The translations under genes and the position numbers were made by a program. The notes under the pieces were generated by a model. It did no database searches, was not told the DNA's origin, and saw only the letters and a program-made list of their open reading frames with translations. From an uncultured Roseivirgaceae bacterium (GTDB lineage: Bacteria > Bacteroidota > Bacteroidia > Cytophagales > Cyclobacteriaceae), in the NCBI GenBank assembly GCA_964352725.1, contig CAYGTD010000001.1, positions 1-49,125 on the forward strand: a stretch of DNA of 49,125 nucleotides, in the 5' to 3' direction. Below, piece after piece: positions 8,752-18,058 of this stretch (within the stretch, counting starts at the first letter, position 1; every line of letters begins with the position of its first letter).

Positions 8752-10440
8752 TTAGGTATACGTATTTGTTTTCAAATCATTCTCTTTCAAAATTCTTCGA
8801 AGAATTTTTCCGACGTTTGATTTTGGAAGCTCATCAATAAAAGCAATGTGCTTAGGTTGTTTATAACCTGTCAGGTTTTTTTCACAATGCTCTCTTACTT
8901 CATCCTCTGTAAGGCTAGCATCACTTTTCACAATGTAAACCTTTACGGCTTCTGTTGATTTCGGATCTGGAACTGAGATAGCTCCAACCTCTAATACCTT
9001 TTCCATTAGAGCAATACAATCTTCTACCTCATTTGGATACACATTGAAACCAGAAACAAGAATCATTTCCTTCTTCCTGTCCACAATTTTAAAGTACCCA
9101 TCTGCATCCATCGTGGCAATATCTCCCGTTTTAAAATAACCATTAATGAAACTGTTTTTTGTTTCCTCCTCTCTATTCCAATAGCCTTTAAAAACTTGTG
9201 GGCCCTTTGTACATAGCTCACCCTTTTCACCTATTGCCACTTCCTTTCCATCATCGTCTAAAAGTACTATCTCACTGTCTGGTAAAGGAAGTCCAATTGT
9301 ACCTACCCTATTGCCATCTCCCATAGGATTAATACAAAGCCCTGGAGACGTTTCTGTCAAACCATAAGCTTCGGCAATTTTTTTACCAGTTACTTTTTCC
9401 CATTTGTCAAATACAAATCGTTGTAATGCCATTCCTCCTGCTAAGGCAATTTTGATAGTGGAATGATCTAATTCAGCAAAACCTGGTGTATTTAGTAACC
9501 CATTGAAAAGTGTATTCACCCCTGTAATCAGAGTAAATGGATGTTTCTTCAATTCTTTCACAAATCCTTTCATATCTCTCGGGTTTGTAATCAAAATGTT
9601 TTTCGCTCCCAACTTCATCGGAATAAGACAGTGAGCATTTAATGCGAAAATGTGATACAATGGTAAAGCAGCAATCCAAATTTCCTCTCCTTCTTTAAGA
9701 TCAGTTTGATATAGCCAAGCCTCTACCTGCTGAAGATTCGCTATTAGATTCCTGTGGGTAAGCATTGCCCCTTTTGATACTCCTGTAGTCCCCCCTGTAT
9801 ACTGTAAAAAAGCTAAATCTTCTGCATCAATATCTGGCGCATTTAAAGTGTTCGCCTTTCCTTTTGCAATAGCATCCTTAAAATCTATGGTACCCTTTAT
9901 GGAATAGGCAGGCACCATCTTCTTCACATATTTAACAACGAAATTGACAAGTGCGCCTTTAATACCACCAATCAAATCGCCAAGTTCTGTAACTATGACA
10001 TGCTCGATTGAAGTGTCTGCAAGAATAGGCTCCAGATTACAAGCAAAGTTCTTAAGTATTACAATAGCTTTAGCACCTGAGTCATTAAACTGATGCTTCA
10101 TCTCTGATGAAGTGTACAAAGGGTTTGTATTTACAACAACAAGTCCTGCTTTGAGCGCTCCATGTATTGCTATCGGACTTTGAAGAATATTAGGACACTG
10201 TATAGCAATTTTATCACCCTTCTTTAAGCCCAGATCATTTTGAAGATAAGCCCCAAAAGCTGTAGACAATTCATCCAACTCCTTGAAGGTGATGATCTTG
10301 CCCATATTCTCATATGCTTCTTTATCAGCATACTTTTCTCTTGCCTCAGAAAATAATTCTGGAAGATTCTTATATCGATCCGCATCAATAGATTTCGGAA
10401 CACCAGCTGGGTAGTTATCGAGCCAAGGTTGATTATTCAT
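8752..10440 (-). CDS. fadD: Long-chain-fatty-acid--CoA ligase
   Basis: AMP-binding LQYTGGTTGVSKGAML; AYGLTETSP; FKTGD; SGFNVYPNEVE; LPKSNVGKILRR. Confidence 0.93.
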   Translation of the reverse strand: MNNQPWLDNYPAGVPKSIDADRYKNLPELFSEAREKYADKEAYENMGKIITFKELDELSTAFGAYLQNDLGLKKGDKIAIQCPNILQSPIAIHGALKAGLVVVNTNPLYTSSEMKHQFNDSGAKAIVILKNFACNLEPILADTSIEHVIVTELGDLIGGIKGALVNFVVKYVKKMVPAYSIKGTIDFKDAIAKGKANTLNAPDIDAEDLAFLQYTGGTTGVSKGAMLTHRNLIANLQQVEAWLYQTDLKEGEEIWIAALPLYHIFALNAHCLIPMKLGAKNILITNPRDMKGFVKELKKHPFTLITGVNTLFNGLLNTPGFAELDHSTIKIALAGGMALQRFVFDKWEKVTGKKIAEAYGLTETSPGLCINPMGDGNRVGTIGLPLPDSEIVLLDDDGKEVAIGEKGELCTKGPQVFKGYWNREEETKNSFINGYFKTGDIATMDADGYFKIVDRKKEMILVSGFNVYPNEVEDCIALMEKVLEVGAISVPDPKSTEAVKVYIVKSDASLTEDEVREHCEKNLTGYKQPKHIAFIDELPKSNVGKILRRILKENDLKTNTYT

Positions 10441-10505
10441 GTTATTTAAGTTTGGTCAGAAGCTTTAATTTCTTTTTGGTAGATAAAAAAGGAATGACAA
10501 TAATA

Positions 10506-10536
10506 CAAAAAGGTCTTGGCACCCCTACCAAGACCT
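10506..10536 (-). terminator. Intrinsic terminator about 65 nt upstream of the fadD start
   Basis: Minus strand AGGTCTTGG-TAGGGGTG-CCAAGACCT followed by TTTT; 9-bp perfect stem. Confidence 0.7.
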
Positions 10537-10623
10537 AATAAAAATAAACAACATTAACCCAAAAAAGTCCTTATGAATTGTGAACTTATAATTGCTCAAA
10601 TTTCATTTTTTTTCCTTCTTAGA
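10506..10623 (-). ncRNA. Candidate ~120-nt sRNA or leader, divergent from the Lrp/AsnC gene
   Basis: TACTTTTG -7 element (10636-10629), then a G/U-rich tract and the terminator hairpin. Only a 6-codon ORF (MKFEQL*) lies inside. Confidence 0.45.
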
Positions 10624-10628
10624 AGATT

Positions 10629-10636
10629 CAAAAGTA
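10629..10636 (-). promoter_or_regulatory. Bacteroidota sigma-70 -7 element (TACTTTTG)
   Basis: Exact TAnnTTTG match. Confidence 0.6.
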
Positions 10637-10744
10637 ATAAAAGAGTATTTTTATTGAAAATTTCACAGCATAACAAAATAAAAAATACATTTTTATCAAT
10701 TTAATATAGTATAAATTGATAATCACACAATTAAATAATCAAGA

Positions 10745-11206
10745 ATGAGTAAAAATTATGAAATTGATAATGTAGATCTGAAGATTTTGAATATTCTATC
10801 TGAAGATGCTAAGATGCCTTATACAGAAGTAGCCAAGAAAGTATTCGTTTCAGGAGGAACTGTTCATGTCCGAATGAAAAAAATGGAAGAAATGGGAATT
10901 GTAAAGGGCACTACCTTAAAAATTGATTACGGCAAATTGGGATTTGATATTACCTGTTTCCTAGGTATATATCTTGAAAAAAGTTCACTTTATGACAAGG
11001 TTGTGGCTAAACTAAAAGAGATACCTGAAGTCGCCACCATTAGATATACTACGGGTAATTACAATATCTTCTGTAAGATCTATTGTAAAGGCACGCAGCA
11101 CTTGAAAGATATCTTACATGATAAAATTCAAAAGGTAGATGGAATAGAAAGTACTGAAACATTTATTTCGCTTGAAGAAAGTGTAAATAAGCACCTTGTT
11201 TTTTAA
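10745..11206 (+). CDS. asnC: Lrp/AsnC-family transcriptional regulator
   Basis: IDNVDLKILNILSEDAKMPYTEVAKKVFVSGGTVHVRMKKM HTH; YTTGNYNIF RAM domain; ESTETFISLE. Confidence 0.88.
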   Translation: MSKNYEIDNVDLKILNILSEDAKMPYTEVAKKVFVSGGTVHVRMKKMEEMGIVKGTTLKIDYGKLGFDITCFLGIYLEKSSLYDKVVAKLKEIPEVATIRYTTGNYNIFCKIYCKGTQHLKDILHDKIQKVDGIESTETFISLEESVNKHLVF

Positions 11207-11247
11207 AAAGTTTGCTATCTGACGAACCTATTCATAAGTTCTTTGTT

Positions 11248-11272
11248 CTTATTTAGAATTATTATTAATAAG
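11248..11272. promoter_or_regulatory. Palindromic operator overlapping the suf promoter (iron-box/Fur-like)
   Basis: CTTATTTAGAATTATTATTAATAAG has 10 of 12 symmetric pairs and lies directly 5' of TACCTTTG (11276-11283). Confidence 0.6.
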
Positions 11273-11307
11273 TCGTACCTTTGCGGTTTAGAAAAGTGGT
11301 CTGATAC

Positions 11308-12753
11308 ATGAACAGTGACGAACAAATATTAGAAGAATTTACCTCGAAAGAATACGAGCATGGGTGGTCTGTAGATTTTGAAGCAGATGAAGCTCCATTC
11401 GGAATAAACGAGGATATTGTTCGATTTATTTCAGCAAAAAAAAATGAACCAGAATGGCTTCTTGAATGGCGCCTTAAAGCTTTCGCTCACTGGAAAACAA
11501 TGACTGAGCCTAAATGGGCGAATGTTAAATACCCTGAAATAGATTATCAAGCAATTAAATACTATTCAGCGCCAAAGCAAGATAGCAAGCCAAAGAATTT
11601 GGAAGATGTAGATCCTGAATTACTCAAAACTTTTGAGCGATTAGGTATTTCTCTCCTAGAGCAAAAAAGATTGACTGGAGTAGCTGTGGATGCAGTAATT
11701 GACTCTGTTTCTGTTGCTACTACTTTTAAAGACAAGCTATCAGAACTTGGTGTTATTTTTTCTTCCTTCAGCGAAGCAGTTCATGAGCACCCTGAGTTAA
11801 TTAAAAAATATTTAGGATCAGTAGTTCCATCCACTGACAATTACTTTGCTGCACTTAATTCGGCAGTATTCTCCGATGGATCATTTTGCTATATCCCAAA
11901 AGGGGTTAGGTGTCCAATGGAGTTATCTACCTATTTCAGGATCAATGCTGCAAATACAGGGCAATTTGAAAGAACACTTATAGTAGCTGAAGATGATTCT
12001 TATGTGAGTTATCTAGAAGGATGTACAGCTCCAATGCGAGATGAAAATCAATTGCATGCAGCAGTGGTTGAGATTTACGCTGCTAAAAATGCAGAGGTAA
12101 AGTATTCTACAGTTCAAAACTGGTATCCAGGAGATAAAAATGGAAAAGGCGGAATTTACAATTTCGTTACCAAGAGAGGAATATGTGCTGGTGATCATTC
12201 CAAAATATCTTGGACGCAAGTAGAAACTGGATCTGCTGTAACATGGAAATATCCTTCTTGTATTCTGAAAGGTGATTACTCCGTAGGTGAGTTTTACTCT
12301 GTAGCTGTAACTAATAACTATCAGCAAGCAGACACGGGAACCAAAATGGTTCACCTTGGAAAGAAAACAAGATCAAGAATTGTATCTAAAGGAATATCTG
12401 CAGGTCATTCTCAGAATAGCTACAGAGGTCAAGTAGAAATTGCGAAAAGAGCTGAAGGATCAAGAAACTTCTCTCAATGCGACTCACTCTTGATGGGAGA
12501 TCTCTGTGGTGCACATACGTTTCCATATATTGATGTTAAAAATAAGTCAGCTCAAATTGAGCATGAAGCCACTACTTCAAAAATAGGAGAAGATCAGATT
12601 TTCTATTGTCAACAACGAGGTATAGATGAGGAAAGTGCAGTAGCACTTATTGTCAATGGTTTTGCCAAAGAAGTAATGAACAAACTCCCAATGGAGTTTG
12701 CGGTAGAAGCTCAAAAATTACTAGCCCTCACTCTAGAAGGGAGTGTAGGATAA
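11308..12753 (+). CDS. sufB: Fe-S cluster assembly protein SufB
   Basis: [17 protein letters not shown]; GQFERTLI; YLEGCTAP; QCDSLL; HEATTS; LPMEFAVEA. Confidence 0.97.
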   Translation: MNSDEQILEEFTSKEYEHGWSVDFEADEAPFGINEDIVRFISAKKNEPEWLLEWRLKAFAHWKTMTEPKWANVKYPEIDYQAIKYYSAPKQDSKPKNLEDVDPELLKTFERLGISLLEQKRLTGVAVDAVIDSVSVATTFKDKLSELGVIFSSFSEAVHEHPELIKKYLGSVVPSTDNYFAALNSAVFSDGSFCYIPKGVRCPMELSTYFRINAANTGQFERTLIVAEDDSYVSYLEGCTAPMRDENQLHAAVVEIYAAKNAEVKYSTVQNWYPGDKNGKGGIYNFVTKRGICAGDHSKISWTQVETGSAVTWKYPSCILKGDYSVGEFYSVAVTNNYQQADTGTKMVHLGKKTRSRIVSKGISAGHSQNSYRGQVEIAKRAEGSRNFSQCDSLLMGDLCGAHTFPYIDVKNKSAQIEHEATTSKIGEDQIFYCQQRGIDEESAVALIVNGFAKEVMNKLPMEFAVEAQKLLALTLEGSVG

Positions 12754-12772
12754 CAATTTTCATAAAGAATAT

Positions 12773-13528
12773 ATGATTTCAATCAAAAATTTGCATGCCT
12801 CAATTGAGGGCAAGGAAATACTAAAAGGAATTAACCTAGAAGTAAAAGCAGGTGAAGTTCACGCAATCATGGGTCCAAATGGATCTGGTAAAAGCACATT
12901 GGCTTCAGTTCTTGCAGGTCGCGAAGATTATGACATCACAGCTGGTGAAGTCACTTTTCATGGTGAAAATTTATTAGAACTTTCTCCTGAAGAAAGAGCT
13001 CATAAAGGCATATTCCTAGCATTTCAATATCCTGTTGAAATCCCTGGAGTATCCACTACCAATTTTCTAAAGACTGCCCTGAATAAGGTAAGAGAAAGTA
13101 GAGGTGAAAAACCATTAGACGCTGTACACTTTTTAAAGTTGATGAAAGAAAAAATGAAGCTTGTTGATATTGATCAAGCCTTGTTGAGTAGGTCATTGAA
13201 TGAAGGTTTTTCAGGGGGAGAAAAAAAGAGAAATGAGATTTTTCAAATGGCTATGCTAGAGCCTACACTCTCTATACTTGATGAAACTGATTCTGGGTTA
13301 GATATTGATGCATTGAAGATAGTGGCTGATGGAGTCAATAAGCTGAAGAATGAAAATACAGCATCCATTGTTGTGACTCATTATCAAAGGTTATTAGACT
13401 ACATAGTTCCTGATTATGTTCATGTTTTGTACAAAGGAAGAATTGTAAAATCAGGTGATAAGTCTTTGGCATTGGAGCTAGAAGAAAAAGGATACGATTG
13501 GATCAAAGAAGAACTAGCTACGGCATGA
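12773..13528 (+). CDS. sufC: Fe-S cluster assembly ATPase SufC
   Basis: GPNGSGKST; AFQYPVEIPGV; FSGGEKKRNE; LDETDSGLDIDAL. Confidence 0.97.
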   Translation: MISIKNLHASIEGKEILKGINLEVKAGEVHAIMGPNGSGKSTLASVLAGREDYDITAGEVTFHGENLLELSPEERAHKGIFLAFQYPVEIPGVSTTNFLKTALNKVRESRGEKPLDAVHFLKLMKEKMKLVDIDQALLSRSLNEGFSGGEKKRNEIFQMAMLEPTLSILDETDSGLDIDALKIVADGVNKLKNENTASIVVTHYQRLLDYIVPDYVHVLYKGRIVKSGDKSLALELEEKGYDWIKEELATA

Positions 13529-14706
13529 TAAAGGAGCAATCAGTATTATTGAATACATTAAAGTCTTCATTTGAACCTCAATCTAATGTTCATAATGAAG
13601 CATTTAATCTATTATTGGAGGTAGGATTGCCGCATAAAAGATCAGAAGCGTACAAATACACACCTATTACTTCCATTTTAGAAAAGAATTTTGATTGGAA
13701 AAGTAAGTCTTCAGCTTCTTTTGATTCTTCTGAAATTTATAAAACTAAAGGCAGTCACCTAGTGATGATTGATGGGGTTTATTCTGAACAAGACTCATTA
13801 GTACTTGCAGATCATAAAGTTTCAAGGAAAGCAGTTTCAGAAGGCAAGCATGATCCATTCAGTTTAATGAATACTGCCTTATCTAAGGAGGAACTATTCA
13901 TAGAGTCCTCTGATTCAGATGATCCTATTTTTATTTATTACTTCTCAAGTGGTTTTTCAAATCCACGAACCAGAGTAAGTGTTGCCGATAGCCAAAAGAT
14001 TTCTATTGTTGAAAAAGTAATTTCTCAGAGCAAGTCTTTTACAAACTCTTTCATTGAATTCAGTGTAGGTAAGAATGCCATCGCAAATCATACCAAAGTA
14101 CAGAATTATACTTCTGACACGTATACACATGAATCTACTTTTGCTCATGTAGCCAGAGATGGGAAATTCATCAATAATACATTCTCCTTTGAAGGAGCTA
14201 TGGTGAGAAATAGTATGACTGTAAATATTGAGGATGAAAATTGCGAAGCATACATGTTTGGGCTTTTTCTATTGGATAAGAAATCCCATGTAGATAATAA
14301 TACATCAGTAGATCATCAGAAACCCAATACATACAGTAATGAGTTATACAAAGGAATTCTAGATGAGCGATCTACAGGTGTCTTCAATGGTAAAATTTAT
14401 GTGAGGCAAGAGGCACAAAAGACAAATGCTTTTCAAGCAAATAATAACATTCTCCTATCCGATGATGCAACATTAAATACAAAGCCTCAATTGGAAATAT
14501 GGGCAGATGACGTAAAATGTTCTCACGGATGTACATCTGGTCAGCTAGATGAGGATGCAATCTTCTACTTACGAGCTCGTGGTATAGATGAAAAAAGTGC
14601 CAAAGGAATGATTCTTAATGCTTTTGCTTCTGAAACGATGGAACATCTTCATATTGAAGAAGTGAAAGAAGAAATTCAAGCGTTGATAGATAAAAAATTA
14701 TCATAA
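13525..14706 (+). CDS. sufD: Fe-S cluster assembly protein SufD
   Basis: EAYKYT; GVFNGKIYV; AQKTNAFQ; KPQLEIWADDVKCSHG; FYLRARGI. The start at 13525 forms an ATGA overlap with the sufC stop. Confidence 0.95.
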   Translation: MIKEQSVLLNTLKSSFEPQSNVHNEAFNLLLEVGLPHKRSEAYKYTPITSILEKNFDWKSKSSASFDSSEIYKTKGSHLVMIDGVYSEQDSLVLADHKVSRKAVSEGKHDPFSLMNTALSKEELFIESSDSDDPIFIYYFSSGFSNPRTRVSVADSQKISIVEKVISQSKSFTNSFIEFSVGKNAIANHTKVQNYTSDTYTHESTFAHVARDGKFINNTFSFEGAMVRNSMTVNIEDENCEAYMFGLFLLDKKSHVDNNTSVDHQKPNTYSNELYKGILDERSTGVFNGKIYVRQEAQKTNAFQANNNILLSDDATLNTKPQLEIWADDVKCSHGCTSGQLDEDAIFYLRARGIDEKSAKGMILNAFASETMEHLHIEEVKEEIQALIDKKLS

Positions 14707-15938
14707 TGGAATCTGAGGTTGTAATAGATATTCAAAGAATAAGAGAACAGTTTCCAATTCTTCATCAAGAAGTTAATGGAAAACCCTTGATCTATTTTGA
14801 TAACGCAGCATCCTCCCAAACAGCCAAATCAGTAATTGATTCACTTGTCAACTTCTACGATAAGGATCATGCAAATATCCATCGAGGTATTCACACTTTA
14901 GCGGAACGCTCTACCAAAAATTTTGAAGCTACACGTGAACGAGTGCAGAAATTTATAAATGCTCATGAATCTGATGAAATCATTTTCACTAAAGGGACTA
15001 CAGATAGTATCAACTTGGTGGCGCATTCGTGGGGTTCAAAATTCCTAAATGCTGGAGATGAAATCATTCTTTCACAGCTTGAACATCATTCCAATATTGT
15101 TCCTTGGCAACTTATTGCTGAGAAGACAGGAGCTTCAATTAAAGTAATCCCCATCAATGATAAGGGAGAATTAATTGTAGAGGAATACAAAAAGTTAGTC
15201 ACTGATAAAACAAAAATGGTGGCGGTCAATTACGTTTCCAATTCATTGGGAACCATCAATCCTATCAAAGAAATTTTAAGCTACGCATTTGAAAGGGATA
15301 TTATAACAATGGTGGATGCTGCACAAGCAGCGCCTCATTTGAAGATTGATGTTCAAGAAATCAATTGCGATTTCTTAGCTTTTTCAAGTCATAAAATGTA
15401 CGGACCGACGGGTGTTGGAATCTTGTATGGAAAAAGAGGAATATTGGAAGCTATTCCTCCCTATCAAGGAGGCGGTGAAATGATCAATAATGTCTCTTTT
15501 GAGAAAACAACTTACAATGATATTCCTTATAAATTTGAAGCTGGAACCCCAAGCATTGGAGATATAATTGCGTTTGATCATGCCATTCAATTTATTGAAG
15601 AAATTGGTCATGAAGCTATCCAAGATCATGAAAACATGCTTCTTGAATATGCTACTGAGAAATTGAAAGATATTCCTGGATTCACACCTATTGGAACAGC
15701 AGATAATAAAGCAAGTGTAATTTCTTTTATTGTTCAAGGTGTACACCAGTATGATTTGGGACAATTTTTAGACGCAAAGGGTATTGCTGTACGTACTGGT
15801 CACCATTGTACCCAACCTTTAATGGACTATTTAGGAATAGATGGGACAGTAAGAGCATCATTCGCTATTTACAATACAAAAGAGGAAATTGATATCTTTC
15901 ACGATGCATTAATACAAATTGTTAAAAAGTTTAGCTAA
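14706..15938 (+). CDS. sufS: Cysteine desulfurase SufS
   Basis: YFDNAAS; EHHSNIVPWQ; SSHKMYGPTG; FEAGTP; RTGHHCTQP. Confidence 0.96.
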   Translation: MESEVVIDIQRIREQFPILHQEVNGKPLIYFDNAASSQTAKSVIDSLVNFYDKDHANIHRGIHTLAERSTKNFEATRERVQKFINAHESDEIIFTKGTTDSINLVAHSWGSKFLNAGDEIILSQLEHHSNIVPWQLIAEKTGASIKVIPINDKGELIVEEYKKLVTDKTKMVAVNYVSNSLGTINPIKEILSYAFERDIITMVDAAQAAPHLKIDVQEINCDFLAFSSHKMYGPTGVGILYGKRGILEAIPPYQGGGEMINNVSFEKTTYNDIPYKFEAGTPSIGDIIAFDHAIQFIEEIGHEAIQDHENMLLEYATEKLKDIPGFTPIGTADNKASVISFIVQGVHQYDLGQFLDAKGIAVRTGHHCTQPLMDYLGIDGTVRASFAIYNTKEEIDIFHDALIQIVKKFS

Positions 15939-16369
15939 TGGATTCTATCAAAGAAAGACAAGAGGCTATAATTGAAGAGTTTTCCATTTTAGATGGAGAC
16001 ATGGAAATGACACTTAATTACATTATGGAATTAGGTGAAGAACTAGGGACACTAGCTGATGAAGATAAAGTTGAAGACAATATAGTGAAGGGTTGTCAAT
16101 CGAAAGTATGGATGACTGCATCAGATGAAAATGGCAAAATCAAATTTAATGCAGATTCGAATACTGCAATAACTAAAGGATTGGTAAGTTTATTAGTGCG
16201 CGTATTGAATCAATCTACGCCTCAAGATGTTATTAACGCTGAGATTTATTTCCCAAAACAAATAGGAATGGATCGTTTCATAGGAACGCAAAGATCAAAT
16301 GGTTTTGCCTCGATGATAAAACAAATGAAGCTTTACGGATTGGCGTTTTCGACCCAAGAAAAATCATGA
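15938..16369 (+). CDS. sufE: Sulfur acceptor SufE
   Basis: VKGCQSKVW; ADS...ITKGL; QRSNG. Confidence 0.93.
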   Translation: MDSIKERQEAIIEEFSILDGDMEMTLNYIMELGEELGTLADEDKVEDNIVKGCQSKVWMTASDENGKIKFNADSNTAITKGLVSLLVRVLNQSTPQDVINAEIYFPKQIGMDRFIGTQRSNGFASMIKQMKLYGLAFSTQEKS

Positions 16370-16698
16370 GTGAAACAAAGACAAATAACGACATCCTAGC
16401 ACTAAAGGAAGATATTATCAGAGCTATTAAAGGAGTGTATGATCCTGAGATTCCTGTAGATGTATATGAGCTTGGTCTGATTTATGAGATCAATATTCTT
16501 CCAATAAATAATGTTGAAGTTATCATGACACTAACTTCTCCATCTTGTCCAGCAGCTGAGCAAATACCTAGTGAGGTAGAGGCTCATGTGAGAGCTGTAA
16601 AAGGTGTAAATGATGTGAATGTAGAACTAACCTTTGATCCTCCTTATGCAACTGAGATGATGTCTGAAGAAGCCAAGTTGGAATTAGGTTTTATGTAG
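16366..16698 (+). CDS. sufT: DUF59/SufT Fe-S assembly protein
   Basis: VYDPEIPVDVYELGLIY; MTLTSPSCPAA; MSEEAKLELG. Confidence 0.9.
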   Translation: MSETKTNNDILALKEDIIRAIKGVYDPEIPVDVYELGLIYEINILPINNVEVIMTLTSPSCPAAEQIPSEVEAHVRAVKGVNDVNVELTFDPPYATEMMSEEAKLELGFM

Positions 16699-16721
16699 AA
16701 ATAAATAATAATAAAATAGAT

Positions 16722-17138
16722 ATGTATCCACCGGAATTAGTAGCTCCTATGAAAAATCAGTTAACAACAGCTGGTTTTAAAGAATTATTGTCTGCAGCAG
16801 ATGTAGACAATCATATGAAAGATCAGAAAGGAACTTCCTTAATGGTTATCAACTCAGTGTGCGGATGCGCAGCAGGTACTGCAAGACCAGGTGTTTTGCT
16901 TGCGCTTAAGAACTCAGATAAAAAGCCAGATCATTTGACCACAGTATTTGCTGGATTTGATACTGAGGCCACTCAGAAAGCAAGAGAATATACGCTTCCT
17001 TATCCTCCTTCATCGCCAGCTGTAGCACTATTTAAAGATGGAGAGTTAGCTCACTTTGTAGAAAGACATCATATTGAAGGAAGATCTGCTGAGATGATTG
17101 CAAATCACTTGCAAGAAGTTTTCAAAGAATTCTGCTAA
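16722..17138 (+). CDS. BrxA/BrxB-family bacilliredoxin
   Basis: MYPPELVAPM; INSVCGCAAGTARPG; TVFAG; PPSSP; ERHHIEGR. Confidence 0.92.
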   Translation: MYPPELVAPMKNQLTTAGFKELLSAADVDNHMKDQKGTSLMVINSVCGCAAGTARPGVLLALKNSDKKPDHLTTVFAGFDTEATQKAREYTLPYPPSSPAVALFKDGELAHFVERHHIEGRSAEMIANHLQEVFKEFC

Positions 17139-17163
17139 ATATTAAAATTATAAGCAAAATGTT

Positions 17164-17189
17164 AAGCCCTTGACCAAAGGGCTTTTTTT
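17164..17189 (+). terminator. Intrinsic terminator of the suf-brx operon
   Basis: AAGCCCTT-GACCA-AAGGGCTT followed by TTTTT. Confidence 0.85.
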
Positions 17190-17271
17190 ATGCCCTGTAT
17201 ATAGAATTTTTTTATAATAATTCATGTGTCTTATCTATCTTATTTCTCATTACCGAAGATCAATTACAATT

Positions 17272-17982
17272 ATGAGACTATTTATTTTTCTAATCACTTT
17301 TTTTATAATTCCATCCATTGCGGTTTCTCAAACTCATTTTGATAGAGTAAACTCATTCTTAGTAAGAGAAATCGTTTTTGGTTTAGTCAACTACGCAGAA
17401 CTTCAACAGGACACAAAAGAACTTGATGAGCTAGTAACTGAAATTGCCACAATGAATTTAAGAGACAGTTCTCAGAATTACAAAACAGCCTTTTATCTGA
17501 ATGCTTATAATCTATTGGTTATTAAGCAGATTAGAGATAATTATCCAATTAATAAACCACTTGACGTAAAAGGCTTTTTCAAGTCTAATAAGTTCACAAT
17601 TGCACGAGAACAACTCACCTTGGATGAAATAGAATTTAGGAAATTATTTGATCCAACTAAGGACCCTAGGATTCACTTTGCTTTAGGATGTGGTGCACGA
17701 AGTTGTCCGTTTTTGTATGATAATGCATTCACTCCTCAACATGTAGAGGAGCAACTTCAATTTAGAGCAGAGTTAATCATCGATCGTCCCAATTATGTGC
17801 TAGTAGATGAAAAGAAAAAGACAGTAACCCTAAATAAGATTTTTGATTGGTATGGAGATCAATTTACTTCAGCTGAAGGATCTTTGATACAGTATATCAA
17901 TAAGTATCGATTCTACCCAGTTCCTGCAGATTTTGTAGTGAACTTTCAGGAATATGATTGGAGTCTAAATGATAATAAATAG
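17272..17982 (+). CDS. DUF547-domain exported protein
   Basis: Signal peptide from ATG 17272; VNYAEL; AFYLNAYN; DPRIHFALGCGARSCP; IFDWYGDQF; YDWSLND. Confidence 0.9.
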   Translation: MRLFIFLITFFIIPSIAVSQTHFDRVNSFLVREIVFGLVNYAELQQDTKELDELVTEIATMNLRDSSQNYKTAFYLNAYNLLVIKQIRDNYPINKPLDVKGFFKSNKFTIAREQLTLDEIEFRKLFDPTKDPRIHFALGCGARSCPFLYDNAFTPQHVEEQLQFRAELIIDRPNYVLVDEKKKTVTLNKIFDWYGDQFTSAEGSLIQYINKYRFYPVPADFVVNFQEYDWSLNDNK

Positions 17983-18006
17983 AATTTGCTAATAATTATT
18001 AGAATC

Positions 18007-18037
18007 AAAAAACCGAAGAGTTTACTCCGGTTTTTTT
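18007..18037. terminator. Bidirectional terminator between convergent genes
   Basis: AAAAAACCG-AA-GAG-TTTA-CTC-CGGTTTTTTT. Confidence 0.7.
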
Positions 18038-18058
18038 AACACTTAATAAAAGATGAGA

